A stretch of DNA of 62,129 nucleotides, the filler included, from Diploschistes diacapsis (taxonomy: Eukaryota): the NCBI GenBank assembly GCA_023645945.1. It is 10 parts of 10 records of this genome, joined end to end, with 100 filler letters (N's around TTAATTAATTAA, not from the genome) between each part and the next. Parts side by side here need not be neighbours in the genome. Positions count along the whole stretch, not along the records: positions 1 to 26,347 come from JALAIB010000182.1; positions 26,448 to 30,347 come from JALAIB010001825.1; positions 30,448 to 34,335 come from JALAIB010001826.1; 7 more parts are not named here. One strand, given 5' to 3'. Below the pieces are notes generated by a model that saw only the letters and a program-made list of their open reading frames with translations, had not been told where the DNA came from and searched no databases. The position numbers were made by a program, and so were the translations under genes. Below are positions 21,741-32,737 of the stretch, piece by piece (the first letter of the stretch is position 1; each line of letters opens with the position of its first letter).

Positions 21741-21789
21741 CTACATCTCGTTAGATGTTTTCCCAAGAATACCATTTGATTTGACTTAC
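21741..21789 (-). other. Spliceosomal (U2-type)-like intron inside tRNA-Asp, between nt 24 and 25
   Basis: GTAAGTCAAATCAAATGGTATTCTTGGGAAAACATCTAACGAGATGTAG: consensus donor GTAAGT, branch CTAAC, acceptor TAG, 49 nt. Confidence 0.85.
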
Positions 21790-22412
21790 TCATGACCACT
21801 AGACCACAGAAGATGGTGTGAGACTTCAAAGGGATGTGCATAAGCCTTGTATGTGTATACCACCACCACCACCAGCCCATGGCCTTTGGCAATACCAAGT
21901 GGAATAAGGAAGTGCCTCCCTACCGTCATCTAGATGTGCATAATATCTGAACTTCAGCCCACAGCATGCATTGGTTGCCGACAGTTACTTGACTCAAATC
22001 ATACGGAGACCAGGTATGTTTAAAATCTACTATTCCCATATTCGTCCCCAGGCATGAAGAGCCTGACAGGAGGAACATTGAGTTATGAGTCAAATACGAC
22101 ATGACTTAGCTTGAATATGTAGTTCAGGGGAGGGCGGAGATAAAGCCAGGAAGTGGATAGATGATTAAAAGGTAAACCATTAGTTTCATGGGAAAGCCAT
22201 TCTTGTCTGCCTCCACTTCGCCACACCTTCATAAAGACCAACTTTGCCTCCATTCTTCTGCTATCCCTTATTTTGCTGGAGCATTGTACAAAATCGCGCA
22301 AATTATGCATGCCTTGACAAAAGATTGAGCGCCTGTTGCTCTTCCTCTCTCCATTTAATTACTAATCGGAGGAAATCTGCTCTCTCATCCTTTCCACTAT
22401 TCAGCGGCACGT

Positions 22413-24343
22413 TTACTGCTCAGCAGCAGCCGAAGACCGCGTGGTCCTCTTCTGCACCTCGCTCTGAACCTTTTCGCTCCCCGTGGTCGCCGCCTCAGCA
22501 ACTTTATCCTTCACCACTGATGCCGCCTCCTTTGCCTTGGCCGTGGCCTTCTTCGCGTTGTCCTGAGCTACGGCACTGTTCACACCTACTACGGCGAAGA
22601 GACCGGCGACGACAAGACCAAAGATGGTGACAAGGACGCCAGCGACTTCGGGGACGGTCTTGATAGCCTCCATAGGGTCGTGTTTGGCAACGGCTATGAA
22701 GACTTCAAACTTGTCTTGCACGTAGCGAAGAGGGTCATCCATGAAGTTAAGGTCCAGCGGCGATTTGGGCTTAGGTACCTCCTTGGGCTTGGAGGCGTCC
22801 TTTTCGGCTTGCTCGGCCTTGACCTTGAGATCGTACGTTTCGGCCTTAAGCTTGTCGGCGTCGGCGATGGAGTGACCGATGTAGATGTTATCGAAGAGAA
22901 TGTCGCTTTGCATTGTCCAGATTTCAAAACCAATCTAGGATTTCATTAGTGAGAATTAGAGCGCTGGTGTGAATACTCACAGCGCCCATCGGCTCAAGGT
23001 TAGCAGGTGTTTTGTCCTCGAAGTAATCAGGATTCTTGATCTTTCTTGGGGCCCACACGCCTTTGTATGCTGGGTTATCGATGAAAGGTGCGGTCCACTT
23101 GCCCTTATAGGCGGGGTTCTTCTTGGTGGGCTTCTCCCATTTGCCGCAGCCAGAGGCTTCCTGGCACTTGGGGTTCGGGATGCTAGGTGGGATCCAGTCA
23201 CCGTCCTCCTCATCATCCCAGTCCTCAGGCTTTTGGGCCTCTGGGTCAGGGATAGTGGTTGGCTCATCTTCAAGCCAGTCGTCAGGCTTCTCGGCTTCCT
23301 CGTCGACGATTTCGTATGGAGCGTTCTCGTCCCAGTCTTCCGGCTTCGTCGCGTCTGGGTCGGCGATTTTGGCCTCGTCTACCCAATCTTTAGGCTTCTC
23401 GTCCTTGGCATCGTCAATCTCCGCCGGAGGATTGAAGGCGGGTGAGAAGTCCTCCAAGAGGGTTCCATTCTTGGACGATGCACCGTCGACCTTGATCTCA
23501 AATGTCTGGTCTGGCCGTACAATCAGAGTGTAAAGATGGGTGATATCGTCAATCTTCGCGCTTGGCGGGGACTTGAGATGCTTCTCCTCATACTCGCCAG
23601 TCTTGGGGTTCTTGTGTCTAATGATGAAATGGACCTGTATTTTCGGGTAAGTACTAGCAAGTGGCATGTATTGAAGTTCCTACCTTGTTGGTAGCACCAC
23701 ACTTGTCTGGGCCAAACATGACAATGTAGGGAGATGAGTTCGAAAACTCTTCTGCATGTAGCTGTTTATTGTCCTGGAGAAGCTTCATGTACGCACCGCC
23801 GCACTCGAGGCCATCTAGACCAGAACGTTATCATTGAGCACAACAGGAACTCTGTTCAACCTACTCTGAAGCTTAACTTCGTACTGGACAACCATAGTCT
23901 TGCCATTGTTGTCAATGGTTTTGGGAAATTTGGCGGAAATGGCGTGATGGGCAGCAGCATTCTTGACGATCAAGCCCTTGTCGCCCGCCATGCCTTTCCA
24001 TTTCGTAGGTTCTTCAACTGCCCATTCACCCACGTACGCCCAATCTTCCTCACTCTTTGGGTCATCCTTTTTCGCTTTGGAAACGGTCCACCGAGAATCC
24101 CAATCATCGGTAAACTGCTCGAGAAAAGGAGCTGTTACTTTGGTCGGCTATTCCTCAAATTAGCTACAATCCCCCAGGGTACTATTCATCGAACAGCATG
24201 AAAAAGCTTTTCATAAAACATACCAAGAAGACGGGCTTCTCGACGACAGGTGGAACTGTTGAAGTATCTTCTGCATCTGCTCGCACGCCTCCAAGAAGGA
24301 GCACGGAAGAGCAGATGGCGTTTGCCAAAAGAGCGTAACGCAT
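22413..24343 (-). CDS. CNE1: Calnexin (ER lectin chaperone), 5 exons
   Basis: Signal peptide [35 protein letters not shown]-domain repeats (KPEDWDE, IPNPKC, GKW.AP.I.NP.YKG), [11 protein letters not shown]-terminal TM helix. Confidence 0.96.
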
Positions 24344-24697
24344 CTTGCCAATATCTATTACAGAGTTGAGGCGAGGATGGAGAGAAAAGTAATGTTGAAC
24401 TCAAGAGGAAAGAGAGTCCCAGTAAAAAGGTTTGAATACTTGGAAATGAATGAAATATTCTGCAGGAAAATTATAGTTGCGGGTGCTGTGGAGAAGTCTG
24501 TCGAATCTTGCCAACTGGCCTCTTTCCGGTTTTGGTCTAGTACTGTAGTATGATAGGGGATTCTGCGAGGCACTCCAAATCGCCTGTGTAGATATACTAT
24601 ACCTTACTGTCTGCATTCTTTTCTCTTCTATCAGTAAAGATTATGTGACCCACTACTAACCTCTCCCTCTCCTGACTGCTGCCGATCAAAGCCAAAG

Positions 24698-25579
24698 ATG
24701 AGCGGAGCTCGAGAACAAGCAAGTACCGGTGACAACCAAGATAGTCTCATAACTTCTAACGACCCCCAACACCCTGCAAATCTCATATGTACCCTATGTC
24801 GTGCCTTCTACAGTCTTGGCTGGGTCACTGGCACTGGCGGCGGTACGTCGATTCGCCATGGTCCGCACATATTCATTGCCCCGTCGGGTGTTCAAAAAGA
24901 ACTCATGCAACCGACTGATATGTTTGTGATGGACCATGCCTCGAGATCTTATTTGCGAAGGCCCGCTGTTTTGAAGCCTTCACAGTGTACGCCCCTTTTT
25001 ATCGCTGCTTTTGATCGTGGAGCCGGTTGCTGCATCCATACACACAGCCAGTGGGCAGTCTTAGTCACCCTCCTAGTAGAGAGAGATGCTAAGCAAGCTG
25101 GAGAGGACATTGCCGCTCGCTGCTTTGAGATTGAGCAGATTGAACAAATCAAGGGAGTTGGTAAGGGAAGAGGAAAGAAAGGCAATCTAGGTTATTACGA
25201 CCGCTTGAGTATCCCAATCATAGAGAACACCGCCCAGTACGCTAAAATTTCTACCCTCAGAGCTTGCCGTTAACAGTCTTAGTGAGGAAGATCTTACCTC
25301 CAGCCTCGAGATAGCTATGGAGAAGCATCCACACACATACGCAGTACTAGTCAGGCGTCATGGGATGTATGTCGCAGTGAACGCACCTCAATACGTCGTT
25401 TCACTAATGGCGCCAGATACGTATGGGGAGATAATGTGCACATGGCCAAGACACAATGTGAAAGGTAAGAGACCTCAACGATGAGGTCTTGTTAGCCCTT
25501 ACGGTTCAACAGCCTCGACTATATATTTCAGCTTGCCGTTAGAATGAGGGAGATGGGCCTCTCGTGGACTACCAGTTGA
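24698..25579 (+). CDS. MDE1: Methylthioribulose-1-phosphate dehydratase (methionine salvage, MtnB), 4 exons
   Basis: [68 protein letters not shown] across GT-AG introns. Confidence 0.95.
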
Positions 25580-25988
25580 CCCTGACTGCAAATGTTCCCG
25601 CAACATCCAGGATCCACTCATGTTGTCGTTAACACAGACACTGGGCCAAGGGACTGCACCGTTACAGATAATCTATGCATCGTACTGGTTTCAAAGACTA
25701 CGGTGGCCCGGGCATGTATCTTGGGATGACGAAATTTATGGGACTCGTAGCATCAGTGCTCATGCAAGTACCGATATTAAAAGGTTATAGAAGACTAGAT
25801 CTCCATGCATTGCACCAGGGTCCCAACTAGTAGTCTTGTAATCCAAATTTGCATGAGCGAAGCATCGCATGCGAATTCCACCCCCTTATAGACAATTGAG
25901 ATGTTGAAGTCACTTTACGGCACTAGATTCTTCCGTTGGGTCCGCTGGGTCCGCTGCAAGTCTCGTGATTAACGGGCTTGTGTTATTC

Positions 25989-26347
25989 TAGGCTGGCCGT
26001 TTCGTGCCACGGTCACTGACACGGACACTGTAGCAAAATTTTTCAAAACACGGATACTGACACGGACACGATAATTAAAATTTTAAAACATTAATATTAA
26101 TACGGACACTATATTTCCGTAAATCCACGGACACGGACATTATAATTAATATTTTTAAAATATTAATATTAATACGGACACTATACTTCCGTAAATTCAC
26201 GAACACGGACACCGTAATTAAAAAATTTAAAACACGGATACTGACACGGACATTATATTTCCGTAAATCCATTAACACGGACATTATATTGCAGTGAAAA
26301 CACGAAAACATTTTTTTTTAATAATTTTAAAATTATTACGTTTATTT
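25989..26347. mobile_element. AT-rich, RIP-like end of a probable DNA transposon with subterminal ACACGGACAC repeats, truncated by contig end
   Basis: Abrupt switch to TpA-rich sequence. About 3 imperfect ~70-bp tandem units (26073-26287), each with ACGGACA(C/T)TATA(T/C)TTCCGTAAAT. Confidence 0.55.
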
Positions 26348-26447
26348 NNNNNNNNNNNNNNNNNNNNNNNNNNNNNNNNNNNNNNNNNNNNTTAATTAAT
26401 TAANNNNNNNNNNNNNNNNNNNNNNNNNNNNNNNNNNNNNNNNNNNN
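26348..26447. other. Artificial contig spacer N44-TTAATTAATTAA-N44 (also at 30348, 34336, 38319, 42298, 46273, 50243, 54206, 58168; each 100 bp)
   Basis: Identical 100-bp spacer with stops in all six frames occurs nine times. Confidence 0.99.
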
Positions 26448-26488
26448 GGATTGGATTAGGTGGGAGGGAAGGGGAAGAGGGTGCTTAC

Positions 26489-26518
26489 TTTGAAGACTTC
26501 GAGGTTGGGGCCGCCCAT
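26489..26518 (-). CDS. PET100: First exon of Pet100-like cytochrome c oxidase assembly factor (rest lost at contig end)
   Basis: ATG GGC GGC CCC AAC CTC GAA GTC TTC AAA|GTAAGC = MGGPNLEVFK, matching the N-terminus I recognise for filamentous-fungal Pet100. Confidence 0.7.
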
Positions 26519-28265
26519 TTTGTGTGGGTTCTGGGAGAGATTCACTGTTATTTGAGGGTTGATTTTTGGGGGTCAGCTAAGTGCGATACTCATGGAAAGA
26601 CTCGGGAGGTTTAGAGCGGACAGGTAGGTAGGTTGCTGTAAGGGCAGTTTCTCGAAATATCTCCAGGCTCTTATCTCCGCTTTAGAATCGTGCAGCGTCC
26701 AAGCATGGTTCAAATATTAGCTTGCTTTGCTTCTTCCACACAATCGGTGTGGAAAAGTGGAGAGCACACTAACTGCTAGACCGCACCAGAGGCTCTGGGT
26801 GTTTCAGTATGGTTAAAAAGTTTTGAACTACTCAGGCCGTCACTTGCTCAATCATAAAATGTTCTATATTCCGCTGTCGACCAACACATCGCAGCCGCAG
26901 GGAGGCGGATGAACCACAACTATCATAGCTACGAGCTAACTCTTAACATTTGAAGTTTCTATACCTCCTGGATGTTAATAACGACCATCTATAGTACTGC
27001 AATAATATCCTTTCAAAATGCGCCAATTTCTATCCATCCCAATCCCCCAAGCGCCTAATACTAATACATCCACAACGCGAACTGTCATACCTATATAATA
27101 AGCAAAAATATCATTAAGGCTTCTAGTCCTGAGAATTTCGTAGTGATAGTGAAGGTGGAAATATCGACCCCAGTATGCAGTCCCTCCTGCGTGAGAACGG
27201 CCGAGGCGTTGGAAATACCTCCCTCGTGTGGTTGGGCAGCAGTTGTTTATCTCGCAGTTGGCCACAACTTTCCGCCTCTGTATGAGTATGAAGCTTCAAG
27301 GTCGGTCGTGCTGCACGATTCTTCTAATGAGGTTCTATTACTGGAGTTCTCTTCACCGATTCTCTGTCGGGAAATCGCAGATCTCGCTTCAGCTGCGAAA
27401 AGTCACACAGCTGAGGCTCAACCGGAGGTATACGGAACCTAATCTAATGTGAAGAGGGCGAGTTGTCGAAATAGAAGACATTGCCAAGCTGCGGATATCG
27501 TCGCCGGATCGCTATAGGCATGTATTGCGGGTCCCCGTCTGGAGGAAGGTTTGTTATGATTTCTTTCACGGCGACGAGGTTTCCGAAGGATGGGATGGTG
27601 AGGCGCAAAAGACTGGAGGTGGTAAGCTTGTAGATCTTTGAGACTTCTGCGGTGATGATTACACGAGACCTTCTTTCCGTAGTTTGATGGCTCGTTGGCG
27701 AATAACGAAAGCTCTATACAGGACCATGACCGCAAGGCTGAGAAGACCACTGGCGGCTGCCACGAGTTACCGACCGTACATTAACGGACGAGGTTGAGCG
27801 TTCCATAATAGTAGGAGGTAGCCAAGCTCATTGGAAAACACGATCTATTGTGAATAAGTCCAAGCTGTTAATTTGGGAGTCGACACGGAGAATATTTATT
27901 TAAAAAAAAGAAGATAGCGTGGTTCATTTAAAAATAATTTACGAAAAGCATTTACGGCGTTTGTTGCGCTAAAGTAGAGATTGCTTGTGCCCATCTCGCT
28001 CCCGAGGTAAATATTCAATCTGAATGAAAATTGTGATGAGTGGGCCATGGTGGTTGAGTCATAGCTTGTTTGTTGTTTGTCTGGTAAGACTCATCGAGTT
28101 TTACCACTTAAATAGGATCTTGTTCCTTCCTCCTCCTCCTCCTCCTCTTCTTTACTTATCAAGGTAACTGGAGTAGTTGCTACTAAAGTTTGATAATCTA
28201 AGACTCTTGTGTTCTTCACATCTCATACTTAGTGTAGCCCTCATACATAGAGATAGAGAACCATC

Positions 28266-30143
28266 ATGGCCGCGTCCGGGTTCAGAGGAAGCCTTTCTTC
28301 TGCCCCTAATCTTCAAGTCCCGTATCCGACACGGCCGCCCTCGCCACGCAAGCGGCGAGCAATCCAGCGCTCTTCAGAAGAAGTTGATGGGATAATGTCT
28401 CTTAACGAATATATCCTAAGATCGGACCCGTATAGATTTACATACCCTTACCTGGACCCGGCCCCAATGGGGAAGCGACCTCTATTGCCGGATGATCCTC
28501 TATGGACAAGTTATGGGACCTTAACGAGGATTGCTGAGAATGAGCTTTGAAGTTTTGGAATTGACTGGGTCCAAGTGTTGGTTGCGGACTACCAGAGCAC
28601 TGTCCTTGATCCCAACAGCCCGATCCGATATGTTTTGAGTATAGATTCCAGGTCAGAACTGACACGGTCATGGCCTGATGCTGTTAAAGCCATAAGACAA
28701 GCGTTAGTCCAAGCCAACTTCGGTCATATAGCAGTGGAGCTTCTGAACGAAAGAGAAGTGTTCGTTTTGCGAGCATTCACATTTCCCGACGAAGGAGTAG
28801 GTTCAGGGGTGGATAAGATGTGGAAGAAAATCTATCCCGGCATTCTCAATATCCTGCAAACTAATCTGGAGAATTCCGATGCACGTTGGAGCTCGCTGAC
28901 TGCTTTTCTCTGTGGGCCGGAAGAGGTCAAGTCAAAACCCACCGTAGTTGTAACCATCGATGGTACAATTATCGGCCGCGCCAACGCAAATTGGGCTCAA
29001 CTTACACTACAGATCCAGAGCGTGCTGACAAAGAATGATTTGCAAGACTGGGAGGTTGAATTTGCCTATGGAAAGGTCTCGTTCTCAAGAGCAGTACCTA
29101 TCATGAGTACCAGGAATGCTGGAGATAGCCTGGGCGTGGTTGATACCAAGTTCACTGGTAGTATGGGTGGTTTTATCGGCCTCAGTACTGTTTCTAACAC
29201 GCAGATGCGTTGGTGTGCCGTGACCGCGCACCATGTAGTAAGACCGGAGCCAGAAGACACAGTAGAGTTTCAGAGTGACTTGCTCCTGCAGCCGCAAGAC
29301 ACTAGCCATCCTCGTGCGGTCAAGGTGAGAAGCCCAAGTCCAGGAGATTATAAAGATACTTTGGCGCGGCTGATAAAAGAACTCGATATGAATGGCAAGA
29401 CACGAGAAGGTTTGGAAGTCCGGCGAGCCAAGCAACATAGAGGGCTAAGCGCGAGACAAGAGAGTGAAGCCAAAGAGCTTGAGAATGTACAAAGAAAATT
29501 GGAAGAAAAGCTCGCTTGGCTTACCTCCAGAGAGCAGCCTTTCGGCCGAGTTGTTGCTTGCTCGGGGTTGCATGCAAACGAGCGATCGCATATGCTAGAC
29601 TGGGCTTTGGTCGAGGTTGGTAGAGAAAATCTCTGCCAAAATTATCCTATTGCCTTCCATGAACTGCCTGACGATCCCGGTCACGCCCCCCCAGAGGATT
29701 ACCAGTGGGATGGAAGATCTCCCAATAATAAGATCGAGCGAATGAAGCTTGGAGAATGGGTCGTGATGCGTGGGCGAACGTCCGGTACAAGAACTGGCAG
29801 AGTACACAAGCTTCCGGTTGCCGTCAAGAGGTGGGAAATACCAGGCCTGCCAGAAACCTTGGAATGGTTAATCGCTCCCACCCGATCAGCATGGGAGCCA
29901 GCCGAGCCAGCCGCCTTTGCCAAATCTGGAGACTCTGGTGCGTGGGTTTACAACGGGGCTGGCGCAATAGTTGGCCAAGTGATTGCGGAAGGCAAGAGGG
30001 AGGTTGGCAGGGACTTTGGACTGTCAATCGTGACGCCCGTACATGATCTTTTTCAGGATATCGAAGAAGCCACTGGGGCCGAGTTATACCTCCCGATGTT
30101 TGATGAGATGGAGGAAATGGAGGAATTTGGGAGAGAAAGTTAG
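28266..30143 (+). pseudogene. Trypsin-like (PA clan) serine protease-like protein interrupted by one in-frame TGA at 28548-28550
   Basis: ORFs 28266-28550 and 28575-30143 share a frame. Catalytic-triad-like motifs VTAHHV, LDWALV and KSGDSGA are intact. Confidence 0.7.
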
Positions 30144-31344
30144 TTTTTAGTTTGGCGGAATTGGATGTACAGTGCAATCAAGCCGAGGCGAAAAAGGGAA
30201 GAAGCTCTCTAATTCCCCTCTCTGCTTGCAATATTCTCCATCCATCTCCATATGTGAATAAAAGACCACCACCATCCGCTGCCCCCCCCCTTTCCATTCT
30301 ATCCCATTCCACCTCCCATCCAGACCGCCAACCAATCAACCCAGGATNNNNNNNNNNNNNNNNNNNNNNNNNNNNNNNNNNNNNNNNNNNNTTAATTAAT
30401 TAANNNNNNNNNNNNNNNNNNNNNNNNNNNNNNNNNNNNNNNNNNNNGAATATAGATAATTAAGTTGAATTATTATTAAACGCCGAATATTACTTTAATA
30501 ATAGATATAGAAAAATTAAAAAGATTTAGAATATATAATCATTTAACGACGAAATATTAAGTAATATTAGGAAACTTAGAGTCTTAAAAAAGAATCTTTA
30601 ATTAAAAGAGGAAGATAAGGTTTATGTATATACGAATAATTTTAGGACACGTAGATTCTTTAAGAAGTTAAATTACGTTAAAGTCGGATCTTTTTTTATC
30701 GATAAATAACTCGTTATACCGGACGAAATTAAACGAGTTAATTATCGATTTAAATTATTAAAAGACGCGAAAGTTTATTTAATGTTTTATTTTAAGTACC
30801 TCGAATTAGCATACTTAGACACACCGTTACAGGAAATCTTTTATTTTGAATCAGATAACGAAAATGAATAGGAAATCGAAGCAGTGGTATATTATAAAAA
30901 CGATAAATATCTAGTTAAATAAAAAAGCTATTTAGAGTCGGATATAATATAGGAACTTAAAAAAAACATAAAGTATTATAAAACGAAGTTAGCGAAATTT
31001 TATAGCGTTAACGGACCCACTATTAAAGATAATCAAGATTGAGGGTGGAGAGTTTACGGAATATACGTACATCTAATATAAGAATCTCACGGAATCGACG
31101 AAATAGAGGTTTCTTTCTGCGCTATTGGCAGCGTATTATTTCTTAACTCCTAGTTTATTTGCGACGGCGATATGCTCGTTAATAATTGAAGATCCTGCGG
31201 GTTACCCGTGAGCACCATGTTGTTGTTCGGATCGTTAATCGCCTCAGCCTTTTTATTTAACTAATTAGTAAGATATTTGGCCTATTTTATAAATTTCTTT
31301 TCGGCTAGTTTCAGAGTTTTTCGTAGTTTCTGTATCCGGGTTTC

Positions 31345-31507
31345 TGTAAGGCCTGCGGGGTTACACATCTGCCTCGGCTGCCACAGCCACGCACCTACAT
31401 ATAGTGTAATAGGGAAACAGTGCTTCGGGGTTCCTGAAAGCATTGTGTTAGTCTTTTGGCTCAGTGGGATAGCGCTACCCTATTAGGCACTAACCCCCGC
31501 TGTTACA
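31345..31507. mobile_element. Nested solo LTR (163 bp) with 5-bp target-site duplication GTTTC
   Basis: GTTTC|TGTAAG...TGTTACA|GTTTC. TG..CA ends, TGTAA/TTACA inverted termini, and GC-richer than its host. Confidence 0.85.
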
Positions 31508-31880
31508 GTTTCATATTCTATTAGTTGAAAAAAGAGTTTTCGTCTTTTTTCTTCTTTTAATTTTAATTTAGATTTCGTCTGAACGCGTATCTTATCTACA
31601 GCCTTTTAAGATGTCGAGATATAGTTCTTTCGTTCGAGATAAGCATATCTTTCGTAGCGAGAAGAGATGGACAACATGATAATATAGTGATAAGAAACAG
31701 TTTAATAGAAGTAAAAGAAGTTAGCGGTTTTGTTTACTCGAAGGATTTAATTAATAAGTTTGTGGTTATAAGAAGTTGAAGAAGATATCGTTGTTCTATG
31801 ACTTGGGATTTTTTTTTGTTTAGTACTTATGCTTATCTTTCGGCGTTTGTCGGGTCGATAAGGCTGAAGGAGGGGGATAG

Positions 31881-32345
31881 TGTTATGATTTAGGTTACCG
31901 AGTGGTTATCTAGTACGTTATAGCTAGTCGGGTATTTCTTAGTTATTTCTTGTATATAGCCAATTACGGATATTAGATTACGTGGTTAATAAATATTTAG
32001 TGATAGATATTTATTAGGGACAGATCTGCCTGGATAGTTATTTGTTAGTAATAGTTTTGTCGTAATAGTTCGGTTGTCGGTAATTAACTATCGTTTTGGA
32101 TTATATAGGAACACCGTTATGGTTCTTTTGAGTTGGGGCGTGTTTATTTTTATAAATATCTTTAGCGATTGTTCGAGATCAATCTATATTCGTTATTTTT
32201 TATTATTAGATAGTAATCTTTTTAGAGATTAGTATAGATTTATACTCGATCTATTTCTTCTCCTTCCATACTCCTCTTCTACCAGAGACCAAACTTACCT
32301 TGATCAATACCTCGTGTCCACGTTGTAGAGATAGAGATCATAACA
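31881..32345 (+). repeat. 3' LTR of the Gypsy element (465 bp)
   Basis: Starts TGTTATGAT right after the PPT and ends ATCATAACA, a perfect 9-bp inverted terminus. Confidence 0.85.
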
Positions 32346-32440
32346 GTATTACCGTTTGATTACGTAGTTATTATCGACGCTATTAATATCCAGATCGATA
32401 ATATTTTATCCGTTAATATCGATTACGATAAATAACTTAA

Positions 32441-32737
32441 TGAGAAATATCAGCCCAGGCGTGCCAAGCCACCGGGGTCACATGACGGCCGGGTCACATT
32501 ACGGGTACCAACCGTGCCGAGGATGTTAGGGGGTGGCTCTGTAGGCGGGTAGAACCCGAACCCCGTAGGGCTGGCACTTACACATTATTTATTCCTGCCA
32601 CCCTCCCACCTAGATAGTTCTTCTCTAGCTTTTCGAATCGAGACCTTTTACCTGCAGATGCCCAGCTACACGTAATCTCACCGGATCAGGCCCAGCCCCC
32701 CGGTAGTGTAGTATCCCATTCCTGCGCTGGCGTTTCA
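32441..32737. mobile_element. Solo LTR (297 bp) with 5-bp TSD CTTAA
   Basis: CTTAA|TGAGAAA...GTTTCA|CTTAA, a GC-rich island in AT-rich RIP background. Confidence 0.75.

Larger units (their letters stand above)
21685..21813 (-). tRNA. tRNA-Asp (anticodon GUC) with two introns
   Basis: Spliced sequence TCTTCTG TG GTCT AGTGGTCA TGAT T TCCGC TT GTC AC GCGGG AGAC CTGGG TTCGATT CCCAG CAGGAGA G. It has a 7-bp acceptor stem, 5-bp anticodon and T stems, the G73 Asp discriminator, and intact A box (TGGTCTAGTGG) and B box (GGTTCGATTCC). Exons: 21790-21813, 21728-21740, 21685-21719. Confidence 0.93.
30448..32345 (+). mobile_element. RIP-degraded Gypsy/chromovirus LTR retrotransposon, 3' part
   Basis: Integrase C-terminus relic and chromodomain relic EIEAVVYYKNDKYLVK*KSYLESDII*EL (~30870-30960; compare YLVKWKGY...TWEP). 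Polypurine tract GAAGGAGGGGGATAG just before the LTR. Heavy TpA excess. Confidence 0.85.

Noticed and set aside
26392..26403. Recurring TTAATTAATTAA as a biological repeat or CRISPR-like array
   Set aside because: It is always centred in N runs and is a six-frame-stop assembly linker.
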